A stretch of 64,000 nucleotides of DNA from positions 29,987 to 93,986 of IMG/VR virus record IMGVR_UViG_3300029288_000118. One strand, given 5' to 3'. A program made the position numbers and the translations under genes. Below, piece after piece: positions 47,744 through 56,826 of this stretch. How positions within the stretch are numbered: the first letter of the stretch is position 1; each line of letters opens with the position of its first letter. A model generated the notes under the pieces. It saw nothing but the letters and a program-made list of their open reading frames with translations, ran no database searches and was not told where the DNA came from. Source of the DNA: a virus. Lineage: Duplodnaviria > Caudoviricetes.

Positions 47744-48374
47744 TGAAATAATACCAGAATTTTTGAGCGATGATGATTGCCGGCAAGCACTGATGAAGCC
47801 AGTGTTAATTGAAGAACATGTATTTGCTTCAAATGGGCACATTGCTATAAAAATTCCAGTGAGTAAACTTTTAAAGACATACGAATCCAATCCTAATTAT
47901 CCTGACATAGTATCTCTATATGAAAAAGTAGAAGGGCTTTTCCAGAGTCCTATAATCTATAAGGTAGAAAATATATCCGAACTTCTGAAACAAGTACCAT
48001 TGACTGATGTTGAAACTCAATGCACGAATTGTCAGGGGACTGGAAGTATTTGGTCAAAAGATGATTCTAAAGAGCCAGAGACCTGTAAAATTTGTGATGG
48101 GTCAGGATATGTGGCTACAGGTAAAAAAGAGTATGATTGGCAAAATCATAAAATCCAAATAGGTTTAGCGTATTTTAATCCGAACTATGTTGAAAAATTA
48201 TTGAACGTTGCGACGATAAATGATATAAAAGAAGTAAAACACGTCTATGGAACACCGATGAGCAAACACTTATTTATAATCGATGATTTAGAAATAATTA
48301 TGATGCCTATAAGATTAGGGATTAAGGAACTTCCAGAGTACTCTGTCCATAAATTGACATGGAGAAAGAGATGA
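47730..48374 (+). CDS. Clamp-fold-like protein with DnaJ-type zinc finger
   Basis: ASNGH, YPD, FNPNY and IIMMPIR clamp-like motifs; CTNCQGTG and CKICDGSG. Confidence 0.6.
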   Translation: MKTYDEIIPEFLSDDDCRQALMKPVLIEEHVFASNGHIAIKIPVSKLLKTYESNPNYPDIVSLYEKVEGLFQSPIIYKVENISELLKQVPLTDVETQCTNCQGTGSIWSKDDSKEPETCKICDGSGYVATGKKEYDWQNHKIQIGLAYFNPNYVEKLLNVATINDIKEVKHVYGTPMSKHLFIIDDLEIIMMPIRLGIKELPEYSVHKLTWRKR

Positions 48375-48378
48375 ATAT

Positions 48379-48765
48379 ATGATCAACGGGAAAAAAATAC
48401 AGGACTTTCTTGATGGAGAGGCGATAGAGCAAGGTTTAGACGAAGTTAAGAGGCAATGTAAGATATTTCTAAAGAAGAACACAGTACCCGGAGTAAAGCC
48501 GGAAAAACGGAAGCCAGTACCAAAAGAATGGGTGGCTGAGTCATATATGGAGCTTGGCGGAATATGTCCTCTTTGTAGTTTATTTATGGATCTGTCGGAT
48601 AAAAAGAATCCAGTAGTTCCTGATCATATAGTTCCGATAATTAAAGGAGGTAAGACTGAAAAAAGGAATATACAGGCATCGCACATGCGCTGTAATGCTG
48701 CAAAAGGTGACATGGATATGAATGAATGGAGCAAATATAAACAGACTCATAAGATAGGAATATGA
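48379..48765 (+). CDS. HNH endonuclease
   Basis: CPLC...DHIVPIIKGG....NIQASHMRCN..KG. Confidence 0.85.
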   Translation: MINGKKIQDFLDGEAIEQGLDEVKRQCKIFLKKNTVPGVKPEKRKPVPKEWVAESYMELGGICPLCSLFMDLSDKKNPVVPDHIVPIIKGGKTEKRNIQASHMRCNAAKGDMDMNEWSKYKQTHKIGI

Positions 48766-49019
48766 AAATCCTTCATTGTAGATACTGCGGTAAAGACAAA
48801 GCTATAGAAGTATTTAACAAATGGAGAAGATTATTAAAGAGAGAAAATCCTGATGCACCAGCAACTTGCAAAGAATGTTATGATAAACGAGCACTCAAAT
48901 ATAAATATATAAAGAGAAAAAGATATGCAACGACAATCGAAGGTAAAACGAGATATCGAATCAAAAGGCATCGATCAAAACATCCTTGCAAACGTACTCG
49001 GAGAGATATTATCATCTGA
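48762..49019 (+). CDS. Small zinc-finger protein
   Basis: CRYC...CKEC. Confidence 0.5.
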   Translation: MKILHCRYCGKDKAIEVFNKWRRLLKRENPDAPATCKECYDKRALKYKYIKRKRYATTIEGKTRYRIKRHRSKHPCKRTRRDIII

Positions 49020-49371
49020 GGATGGTAAATTGTTCACCTATAAATATTTAATTGATAAATATGGATTAAAAAGTAGGCGGGTATTGAGAAAGTATATCGA
49101 AGTAGCAAGGATTGATTTTAAAGCACCGATAGCGAATCCAGGCGGAGGCTATAAGAAAGCAAATAGCTGGAACGATTATAAAGAAACCTTCAGCCTTCTG
49201 GTGAAGCACTCAATTACCGTGATAAAAACACAAAATGCAGTGAGAAAAGAATTTGCAAGGCGGATGAATCTATCCCTCTTTGACCAAAGTGTATTCAACA
49301 CGGAATTCGAGGATATCATAAAGGCGGTAGACCAATATCAGGATGATATAAATGCCAAAAGTAGTATTTAA
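48925..49371 (+). CDS. Winged-HTH-like phage protein
   Basis: R.LRKYIE..R....PI.....GY pattern. Confidence 0.55.
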   Translation: MQRQSKVKRDIESKGIDQNILANVLGEILSSEDGKLFTYKYLIDKYGLKSRRVLRKYIEVARIDFKAPIANPGGGYKKANSWNDYKETFSLLVKHSITVIKTQNAVRKEFARRMNLSLFDQSVFNTEFEDIIKAVDQYQDDINAKSSI

Positions 49372-49636
49372 TCCTAAAATACATTATACACTGAATCAAG
49401 CCAGCAAAATAACTGGTCTTGAAGTATATGTAATTAGGTATTGGAACGCGGAGGAACTTATAGAATTAAAAACGAATAGAGCAGGTCGGAAATTCTGCAC
49501 TCATTCAGATATTAAGAAAATATTATTTGTCAAAAAGTGTTTAAGGGAAGATAGGCTGACAATTAAAGGGACGTTACCATTGGCGAAAGCATGGAAAGAG
49601 ATTGAAGCATCGCAGAGTGAGCTGGAGTTTAAATGA
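49352..49636 (+). CDS. MerR-family HTH protein
   Basis: YTLNQASKITGLEVYVIRYW...NRAGRKF...DIKKI..VK..L.E..LTIKG. Confidence 0.85.
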   Translation: MPKVVFNPKIHYTLNQASKITGLEVYVIRYWNAEELIELKTNRAGRKFCTHSDIKKILFVKKCLREDRLTIKGTLPLAKAWKEIEASQSELEFK

Positions 49637-49658
49637 GACCAATTAAGGAGCATATATT

Positions 49659-49847
49659 ATGCACGAATTTGAATTTCAAATAAAACAAAAAGTAAGAATT
49701 AAACAGCTTGAATGTGAAGGCAAAGTTGTCGCAATTTATATTTGCGAAACAGGAGTTAGATATGAAGTTAGATATTTTATCAAAGCAGAAGCAAAAAATG
49801 TCTATTTTTATGCAGATGAATTGGAGAGAACAAAGGAGAATGCCTAA
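49659..49847 (+). CDS. Small SH3-like hypothetical protein
   Basis: AAGGAG RBS; F.I.QKV.I.....G.V......YEVRY......FY.DEL. Confidence 0.55.
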   Translation: MHEFEFQIKQKVRIKQLECEGKVVAIYICETGVRYEVRYFIKAEAKNVYFYADELERTKENA

Positions 49848-49963
49848 AAGAAGAAGAAAATTTATTAGGAAATATAAAGTCAGCCCAGTAATAGTGTTCT
49901 GTTTAAATAAAATAGAAAAGGGCGATATTATGAGTGAAGCAATTGAAAAAGGAGGCAAGAATA

Positions 49964-50767
49964 ATGGGAAGTAAAACAGGAATCTCGTGGACCGATTCAA
50001 CCTGGAATCCGGTTACTGGTTGTAGCAAGATATCAGCGGGCTGTAAAAACTGCTATGCAAAACAATTGCATGATAAGCGGTATAAGGCTTACCATGCTGG
50101 TAAAGCTATGCCAGAGCAATACTCTACTCCTTTTGAGGTCATTCGTCTGCATAATAATCGCTTGCAAATACCGATACATTGGAAGAAGCCGAGAAAGATA
50201 TTTGTATGCTCTACAGGTGATTTATTCCATGAAGGGGTATCTTTTTATTTCATTGAAGAAGTGTGGGATATAATGTTCGACTGCCCTGAACATACATTTC
50301 AAATTCTCACAAAAAGACCAGACCGTATGCTGGAGTTTGCAAACTGGATGGTGAACAGGAGAAACCGTAACATAGACTATCATAATGTCTGGTTAGGAAC
50401 ATCAATAGAGAATCAAGAACAGGCTGATGAACGAATTCCATACTTATTGTCGACTCCAGCTCAAGTAAGATTTATTTCAGCGGAACCCTTGCTTGGGGAA
50501 TTAAACTTATCAAAGCCCTGTGGATTTGATAAACCAATTCAAACTCAAGCAATGGAAGGAATTAGCTGGGTAATAGTAGGAGGCGAAAGCGGAAAAGCGG
50601 CACGTTCGATGAATATGGTATGGGCATGGAGTATCAGGTATCAATGCAAAGAATTCGGAGTGCCATTTTTTATGAAGCAACTATCACAAGCAGACTATCC
50701 AAACACATTCAGAGACTTTAATTCATTTCCTAAAGACCTTCAAATCAGAGAATTTCCTAATGTCTAA
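49964..50767 (+). CDS. DUF5131 (phage Gp37/Gp68, radical-SAM-like) protein
   Basis: ISWTDSTWNPVTGCSKISAGCKNCYA, FQILTKRP, WVIVGGESG, PFFMKQ. Confidence 0.92.
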   Translation: MGSKTGISWTDSTWNPVTGCSKISAGCKNCYAKQLHDKRYKAYHAGKAMPEQYSTPFEVIRLHNNRLQIPIHWKKPRKIFVCSTGDLFHEGVSFYFIEEVWDIMFDCPEHTFQILTKRPDRMLEFANWMVNRRNRNIDYHNVWLGTSIENQEQADERIPYLLSTPAQVRFISAEPLLGELNLSKPCGFDKPIQTQAMEGISWVIVGGESGKAARSMNMVWAWSIRYQCKEFGVPFFMKQLSQADYPNTFRDFNSFPKDLQIREFPNV

Positions 50768-52412
50768 AATAAAATGGTTAAATTGGTACGGATGTTACGA
50801 AGAAAATAACAAACCCTATTACGTGCCAGCAGCTTTTACGCATCCGGCAAAGATGGCAATCGGACTCTGTAGGCGGATCTTCGAGTTCATGGAAGAAAAA
50901 AAGATGATACAAAAGGGTTCAATCGTTGTGGATCCATTCGCAGGAATCGGAACTACATTGATCATGGGCACAATGTTAGGATATCGATGTATCGGTAACG
51001 AACTCGAAGAGAAATTTGTAAAGCTAACCAAAGAAAACATTGAGAAGCACCGGAAAATGTTTGAGGCAACCGGGCGAATCATTCCTGTTATTCTACAGGG
51101 AGATAGTAGACAATTAAGCAAACTGACTCAAGAGAACATATCAACATCTTCACCATATGGAGCGACACAAAGTGGAGGCGGAATAGCTAAAAAAGGGTAT
51201 CATAATGAAAAAATGAGAAAAGATGTTTACGACAAAGTAGGTAAACGTTCTTACATGCCAGAACATTTTGACGAAAAAAATATCTCTAATCTTAAAGATG
51301 GAGATGCAAACGCGATTATAAGTTCTCCACCTTATGCAGATCAACAGCTTCAAGGAAGCGCAGCAATCGGATGGAAGTATATTAAAATGGCACAAGAAGG
51401 AAAGATGGACGAAGCTGTACGGTTATATCATAAAGAAGTGATTGAGAAATTACCGAAGCATGGTAGATGGACAGACGAAAATATACGAAAGCATATAGAG
51501 AAAGCCAGTATTAAGGGTTACGATGGAGTAAGCGCAATAATCACATCTCCGGCATACTCAGATATGACGATAGGAACCGGAGGATTAAATGGCCGACCAG
51601 CAAAGAAACCAGGTCAACAAACAAGGAATCCTGATCAACCGAGTCAAAACGCTATACAGAAGTATGGCGGGACCGCTGGGCAAATAGCCAGATTAAAAGA
51701 TAAAGGAATTGACGCAGTAATAACCAGCCCACCGTTTGTTAATCAATCTCTTGAAAAGAAATTCAAATCGGAGGAAGAAAAACAAAAGTTTTTAGAAGGA
51801 CAAAGGATATCTCATCCTGGAAGAAGCGATAAAACATTAAGCAATATGATGGATAGATGGAATGGGATAACCTATTCAAAAAAGCAAATAGGAAAGATGA
51901 AAGAGGGAGACGTTCATGGCGTAGTAACTTCTCCACCATTCGAGGACTCAATCGGTTCTGACGATCCTAAGAAGCGAGGAGGATTGTACCGAGATCCAAA
52001 AAGAGCGAAAGACAAAAATCTTACCGGAACGTATGGTAAATCCGAAGGACAGCTTGGAAAAGAAAAAGGTGAAACCTATTGGGAAGCGATGAAGCAAGTA
52101 TATATCGAGTGCTGGAAGATATTGAAAAAAGATGGGCACATGGCGATCGTAGTAAAGGACTTCTATCGCAAGGGGCAACGTGTACCATTGTGCGATAACA
52201 CGGTAAGACTATTGGAAAACATTGGATTTAAAACTGTTTATCGAATTCGAGCTTGGACATTAACCGAGACAATTCATGATGATCTATTTAAAGGTGAAAC
52301 CGTTAATAGAAAAGAAAGAAAATCTTTTTTTAGAAGGAATTATGAATCTAAATTTCCTAATAATAGGATCGATTGGGAAGAAATTTTAATATGCAAAAAA
52401 ATAAGTGTATAA
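50760..52412 (+). CDS. Amino (N4/N6) DNA methyltransferase with five repeated SPPY-like motifs
   Basis: HPAKM and SAM motif DPFAGIGTT; SSPY, SPPY, SPAY, SPPF, SPPF; ILKKDG. Confidence 0.8.
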   Translation: MSKIKWLNWYGCYEENNKPYYVPAAFTHPAKMAIGLCRRIFEFMEEKKMIQKGSIVVDPFAGIGTTLIMGTMLGYRCIGNELEEKFVKLTKENIEKHRKMFEATGRIIPVILQGDSRQLSKLTQENISTSSPYGATQSGGGIAKKGYHNEKMRKDVYDKVGKRSYMPEHFDEKNISNLKDGDANAIISSPPYADQQLQGSAAIGWKYIKMAQEGKMDEAVRLYHKEVIEKLPKHGRWTDENIRKHIEKASIKGYDGVSAIITSPAYSDMTIGTGGLNGRPAKKPGQQTRNPDQPSQNAIQKYGGTAGQIARLKDKGIDAVITSPPFVNQSLEKKFKSEEEKQKFLEGQRISHPGRSDKTLSNMMDRWNGITYSKKQIGKMKEGDVHGVVTSPPFEDSIGSDDPKKRGGLYRDPKRAKDKNLTGTYGKSEGQLGKEKGETYWEAMKQVYIECWKILKKDGHMAIVVKDFYRKGQRVPLCDNTVRLLENIGFKTVYRIRAWTLTETIHDDLFKGETVNRKERKSFFRRNYESKFPNNRIDWEEILICKKISV

Positions 52413-53104
52413 GTTGTGGTAAAAAACTAACAGGGCATGGAAAGCCTAAAAGATGTCTACGGTGCTCTGCAAGGGAAAGATATGTTCGGAAACATGGCAG
52501 ACCACCTATGCGCATTCGGATAATATGTGAAATGTGCAAAAAAGAAAAATTAGATTATCTCTCAAATCATAAAAAAAGCAGACATAAAACTTATTTTTGT
52601 TCAAACAAATGTAGAGCAAAATGGACAGGAATTCATAATTCAATTATTCGTGGTGGCGATGGATTAAGAAAAAGTAAGTCAGAGAAAGACGGAAATTACT
52701 ATCGCATAAATGTTAAAAAGATAAGAAAACAGAGAAAGAGTTATTATAGAAAAAACCGGATACGTATTCTTGCTCAAAAAAAAGAATCAGATAGAAAAGC
52801 AAAGCAAGCAGTTATAAATGCTTATGGAGGTAAATGCGAGTGTTGTGGAGAAACTATAATAGAATTTTTAACTATTGACCATACGAAAAATGATGGTGCG
52901 ATACATAGACGAAAGATTGGTAAAAAAAATGTATATAAAGACTTAATTAAGAGAGGCTTTCCCAAAGATGGATATCGCATACTATGTTTTAATTGCAACA
53001 TCACTCGTGGTTTTTATGGATATTGCCCACATCATCTAAAAGAAAAATCAAGTATATCACATAAGCCATTTCATGCGGGAAGAAAAAGAATCATAGCAGG
53101 ATAA
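52391..53104 (+). CDS. HNH-like endonuclease with zinc fingers
   Basis: YGGKCECCGE....LTIDH..NDG...LCFNCN. Confidence 0.8.
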   Translation: MQKNKCISCGKKLTGHGKPKRCLRCSARERYVRKHGRPPMRIRIICEMCKKEKLDYLSNHKKSRHKTYFCSNKCRAKWTGIHNSIIRGGDGLRKSKSEKDGNYYRINVKKIRKQRKSYYRKNRIRILAQKKESDRKAKQAVINAYGGKCECCGETIIEFLTIDHTKNDGAIHRRKIGKKNVYKDLIKRGFPKDGYRILCFNCNITRGFYGYCPHHLKEKSSISHKPFHAGRKRIIAG

Positions 53105-53116
53105 GGCAAACGATAA

Positions 53117-53401
53117 ATGAATCTTAAAGAACATTTATTACAAACATTGCAAGAAGAATGTGCTGAAGTCATTCAGGCAGCATCTAAAATAAATCGATTC
53201 GGAGACAAGGGAACGTATCCTGACGGTACCGGGAACATAGAAAAACTCGAACAGGAATATAATGACCTTATTGCAGTTGTTGAATTACTGAAAGAGAATA
53301 CCGATATTAGAATATATGAAGACATTCGGTTGATTAATTTAAAAAAAGCAAAGGTAATGCTCCACTGTGAAGTAGCAAAAAATAACAATGCTCTGGTATG
53401 A
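53117..53401 (+). CDS. MazG-like NTP pyrophosphohydrolase
   Basis: EECAEVIQAASKI.RFG...LEQEYNDL. Confidence 0.75.
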   Translation: MNLKEHLLQTLQEECAEVIQAASKINRFGDKGTYPDGTGNIEKLEQEYNDLIAVVELLKENTDIRIYEDIRLINLKKAKVMLHCEVAKNNNALV

Positions 53402-54521
53402 CAATAAAATATTTCTCAATATTTTCTGGTTCAGATATCACTATCCAGACAGAAAAGACTGGGGAGATGCAACACGAATTATTCCCACAGACCTCCCGGA
53501 CTTTGACTTGCTCGTTGGAGGATTTCCTTGCCAAACTTTTAGCATTGCTGGAAAACGAAAAGGAATGGAAGAAACCAGAGGCACACTATTTTTTGAAATT
53601 GCAAGGATACTTAAAGTTAAAAGACCTTCAAATTTTATCCTTGAAAACGTCAGAGGAATACTTTCTGCTGGCATCACAGATGAAGGCGGGAAAACTATCG
53701 AAGGAACAAAGGGTTTTGTTTTTAAGATCATTATTGCAACCCTTGCAGAGCTGGGGTATTGCGTTGAATGGGAAGTGTGCAACAGCGTCGGTTTCGGAGT
53801 TCCACAAAACAGGGAGCGAGTGTTCATTGTCGGACATCTTAGAAAAGGAGGTAGCGGAAAAATATTTCCTCTCCAGGAAGGCAATGAATTATATAATACG
53901 AAGATCAAGAGAAAAAGAGAGATCGTCTCCACGATTCGTTCGGGGATGAGTGGTGTTCCTGGAAGCGGTGAAACTTATGTTATAGGGACATTAGATGAAT
54001 TTGGATTTAGAGAAACACAGAATTCTTCATCAATAGATGCAAATTATTCTAAAGGTAGAGGCAGGGATGGTCAAAGACCAATGATATTAGAACAAATTGG
54101 CAATATCGATACTAAGGGCAATAATTCACTCTGGGGAAGAGTATATTCACCGGAGGGTATAGCTCCGAACTTGAATGCTGAAGGCGGAGGACTTGGTGCT
54201 AAAACTGGATTATATGCAGTAGCAAGTAGAGGGCGAGGAGAAGGCTGGAGACAACAATATGAAGCAAGGAAAGATAATTATACTAATTCTCTCACGGGGG
54301 TACAAAAAGATAATATGCTCTCAGACGGAATTAGGATCCGGCGATTGACTCCAATAGAATGTGAAAGACTCCAAGCGTTTCCAGACGATTACACGAAACA
54401 TGGCATTGATGAAAAAGGAAAATTAATAGAAATCAGCGATAGCCAAAGATATAAAGTACTCGGGAACGCTGTAACAACGGTAGTTATAGAAGAATTAATC
54501 CGAAGGCTATATAATCTATGA
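53388..54521 (+). pseudogene. C5 cytosine methyltransferase (alpha chain) that appears to have lost motifs I-II by deletion/frameshift
   Basis: GGFPCQ, ENV, GVPQNRER, RRLTP.ECERLQ.FPD and GNAV are present, but the start MTIKYFSIFSG lies in the other frame and stops short of FxGxG. Confidence 0.65.
53398..53949 (+). CDS. Overlapping alternative-frame protein (beta-subunit type of split C5 MTases)
   Basis: 183-codon open frame inside the MTase gene, ending SLSDILEKEVAEKYFLSRKA..YIIRR; natural start possibly ATG 53467. Confidence 0.6.
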   Translation: MTIKYFSIFSGSDITIQTEKTGEMQHELFPQTSRTLTCSLEDFLAKLLALLENEKEWKKPEAHYFLKLQGYLKLKDLQILSLKTSEEYFLLASQMKAGKLSKEQRVLFLRSLLQPLQSWGIALNGKCATASVSEFHKTGSECSLSDILEKEVAEKYFLSRKAMNYIIRRSREKERSSPRFVRG

Positions 54522-55378
54522 ATCCGAGATTTGATAATATTGAGCCAACTGTGGTTGAATGGTTTGAAGAATCGACAGAAGAACAGAGAGTAAAGAGAGC
54601 AATAAAATTATTGCAGGACAACGAACCACCAGAAGGTTATTATCTTGCATATTCCGGCGGCAAAGATTCGACGGTTATAAAGGAACTTGCAAAATTATCA
54701 GGTGTGAAGTATGAATCATATTTTAATAATACGACTATAGATGCTCCAGAGGTTATATATTTTATTCGTAAATATCATCCTGATGTTAAATGGAATAATC
54801 CGAAAGAGAATTTATTTCATGCAGTTGCAAATCTACCTAAGATGCCACCGTCGAGGCAATTCAGATGGTGTTGTGAACGGTATAAAGAAATACGTGGTAA
54901 AGGCAGAGTAAAAATATTCGGAGTCAGGGCACAAGAATCATTGAGAAGGGCAAGGAGATGGAAAGAGATAACTACGGATAATTATAACGGAGTAGCAATT
55001 TGTCCAATTGTATACTGGAGCGATGATCATGTATGGCAGTTTATAAAAGGTAGGAACATACCTTATTGTTCTTTATACGATGAAGGATTTACAAGAATAG
55101 GTTGTGTAGGATGTCCATTGGCATCTCCAGATCAGCAACAAAAGGAATTTAAACGCTGGCCTCGATATGAACAAGGGTGGCGTAGAGCAGTAGAGAGAAA
55201 CTGGGAGAAATATCATGCGCTTCCAAGAAGGGATGGTAAAGATAGATTTCAATCAAAATTTCCAACAGCGGAAGCCATGTGGAGATTCTGGATTCAGGAC
55301 AAAAGAAGAGATATGTATCGTGAAGGATGTCAAATGTCTCTCTTGTGGACCAATGAACCGGACGATGAAAAGGAGTGA
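54518..55378 (+). CDS. PAPS-reductase-family (PP-loop) protein
   Basis: SGGKDS, RWCC..YKE, GVRAQES..RA, LYDEGFTRIGCVGCP. Confidence 0.88.
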   Translation: MNPRFDNIEPTVVEWFEESTEEQRVKRAIKLLQDNEPPEGYYLAYSGGKDSTVIKELAKLSGVKYESYFNNTTIDAPEVIYFIRKYHPDVKWNNPKENLFHAVANLPKMPPSRQFRWCCERYKEIRGKGRVKIFGVRAQESLRRARRWKEITTDNYNGVAICPIVYWSDDHVWQFIKGRNIPYCSLYDEGFTRIGCVGCPLASPDQQQKEFKRWPRYEQGWRRAVERNWEKYHALPRRDGKDRFQSKFPTAEAMWRFWIQDKRRDMYREGCQMSLLWTNEPDDEKE

Positions 55379-55383
55379 TAATC

Positions 55384-55893
55384 ATGGGTTATGAAGCCGA
55401 ACATGCTGGCAAGGAGTTTGAATTGAGAGTTATTCACATGGCTGATATCTATAGAAAACTGAAGTATGCGTTTATACGTAAAGTTAACCCTAAGATGATC
55501 AGGAAGAATAAGTCATTTATTTATACTCACGCAGAAGGTTACGATTTTTACGGGAGTATATACCGGAATCAAAAATATCCAACTCCCGTTTATTTTGAAT
55601 GCAAAACAACAATGAAACCGGAGATAAGTATTTTGCAACCAAAAGACCCAAATAAAGCTGGAATAACATTTAAACAGATATCAACTCTTGTTGAACTTCA
55701 GGCCAATGGAGATAAAACATTTGTACTCTGGGAAATAAGGTCATTACAAAATAAAACTTTGATTTTAAATCCTAAATCTTTATATTTGTTCGTTGGCAAG
55801 ACACTAAAACTTAAAGATTTGCATGAAGGCACACAATATGAAACGGTACGAAGATCATTACCCTCGCTTGACTTCCTTAATCTTTTACCCTAA
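55384..55893 (+). CDS. recU: RecU-like Holliday junction resolvase
   Basis: GKEFE......Y......IRKV.P, DFYG, FECKTT, Q...L. Confidence 0.7.
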   Translation: MGYEAEHAGKEFELRVIHMADIYRKLKYAFIRKVNPKMIRKNKSFIYTHAEGYDFYGSIYRNQKYPTPVYFECKTTMKPEISILQPKDPNKAGITFKQISTLVELQANGDKTFVLWEIRSLQNKTLILNPKSLYLFVGKTLKLKDLHEGTQYETVRRSLPSLDFLNLLP

Positions 55894-55916
55894 TAACATA
55901 ATCCGGAGCTAATAAA

Positions 55917-56186
55917 ATGAGTAACAAACCTCTCAATAAGAATGAAGCTGATGTAAAATCATGCCTCGAAACAATGATAAAATTTCTCGGCGTAGATTCT
56001 GCCAGAGTAGAGTTCATTGACAATAAACATGGGCGGAAATCTTTTGAAGTTTATACAGAGTCAGAAGATCGGGGTAAGATTATCGGTCGAGACGGGCGGA
56101 ATGTAAACTCACTGCATACCATTCTTAATGCATTTGCGAAACAGCGAGGAGTTATATTCTCCGGTATTCATTTAAACGATGATTAA
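55917..56186 (+). CDS. khpA: KhpA-like single KH-domain RNA-binding protein
   Basis: EDRGKIIGRDGRNVNSLHTILNA (GxxG KH motif), 89 aa. Confidence 0.8.
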   Translation: MSNKPLNKNEADVKSCLETMIKFLGVDSARVEFIDNKHGRKSFEVYTESEDRGKIIGRDGRNVNSLHTILNAFAKQRGVIFSGIHLNDD

Positions 56187-56826
56187 AGGTCAGAAATATC
56201 AAAAGAAGATAAATGCGCCTACATTAAGATTGCTTCGCAAGCAAGGCAAGACTAACTCACAAATAGCGAAGCATTTTAATTGTTCTATTGAGGCTGTTAA
56301 TAAAGCGGTTAAAAGATACTCTCTCCAAAAGCATGGTAACAAGAAAAAATATGCCAAAATAGCCAAAACAAAGGCGCAAAAAAAAATATTTGCTGAAGCT
56401 GAGAAATATGCTATAACCGCGCAGACTATGATCGATGAGCTTTCGTTAGCGGTTTCAGAAAATATTATCATAAAAGATTTACTAAAAAAAGAAATTGATG
56501 GTATTAAAGACCGTAAAACGCGTAATATAGAACTGGAAAGACTGCAACGTGCACAGGACAAGCTGGTCCAGAGAATGACAGACTTTAGAGACTTGCAAAA
56601 AGACTTGACTGGCATTGTAGAATTGCAGAAATTTATAGCAGCGGTGATAGACGCTTATAAAGTACTTCCACTTGAGTATAGGATAATATTCCAAAATGAA
56701 CTCAAAAAACGAGGCATTATCCATCTTGGAATTGAGCAACTCGTTACAGGCAGGAATGATCCAAGTGGAGACGGAAATTTACCAAGAAGAGCAAAAATTA
56801 ACCAGTCCAGCTTTAATTCTCAATGA
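56179..56826 (+). CDS. terS: Terminase small subunit (putative)
   Basis: N-terminal HTH plus coiled coil, directly upstream of and overlapping terL. Confidence 0.65.
   Translation: MIKGQKYQKKINAPTLRLLRKQGKTNSQIAKHFNCSIEAVNKAVKRYSLQKHGNKKKYAKIAKTKAQKKIFAEAEKYAITAQTMIDELSLAVSENIIIKDLLKKEIDGIKDRKTRNIELERLQRAQDKLVQRMTDFRDLQKDLTGIVELQKFIAAVIDAYKVLPLEYRIIFQNELKKRGIIHLGIEQLVTGRNDPSGDGNLPRRAKINQSSFNSQ

Noticed and set aside
56696-56826. Programmed terS-terL frameshift fusion suggested by the 131-nt overlap
   Set aside because: terL has its own in-frame ATGs and overlaps of this kind are common; no convincing shift signal
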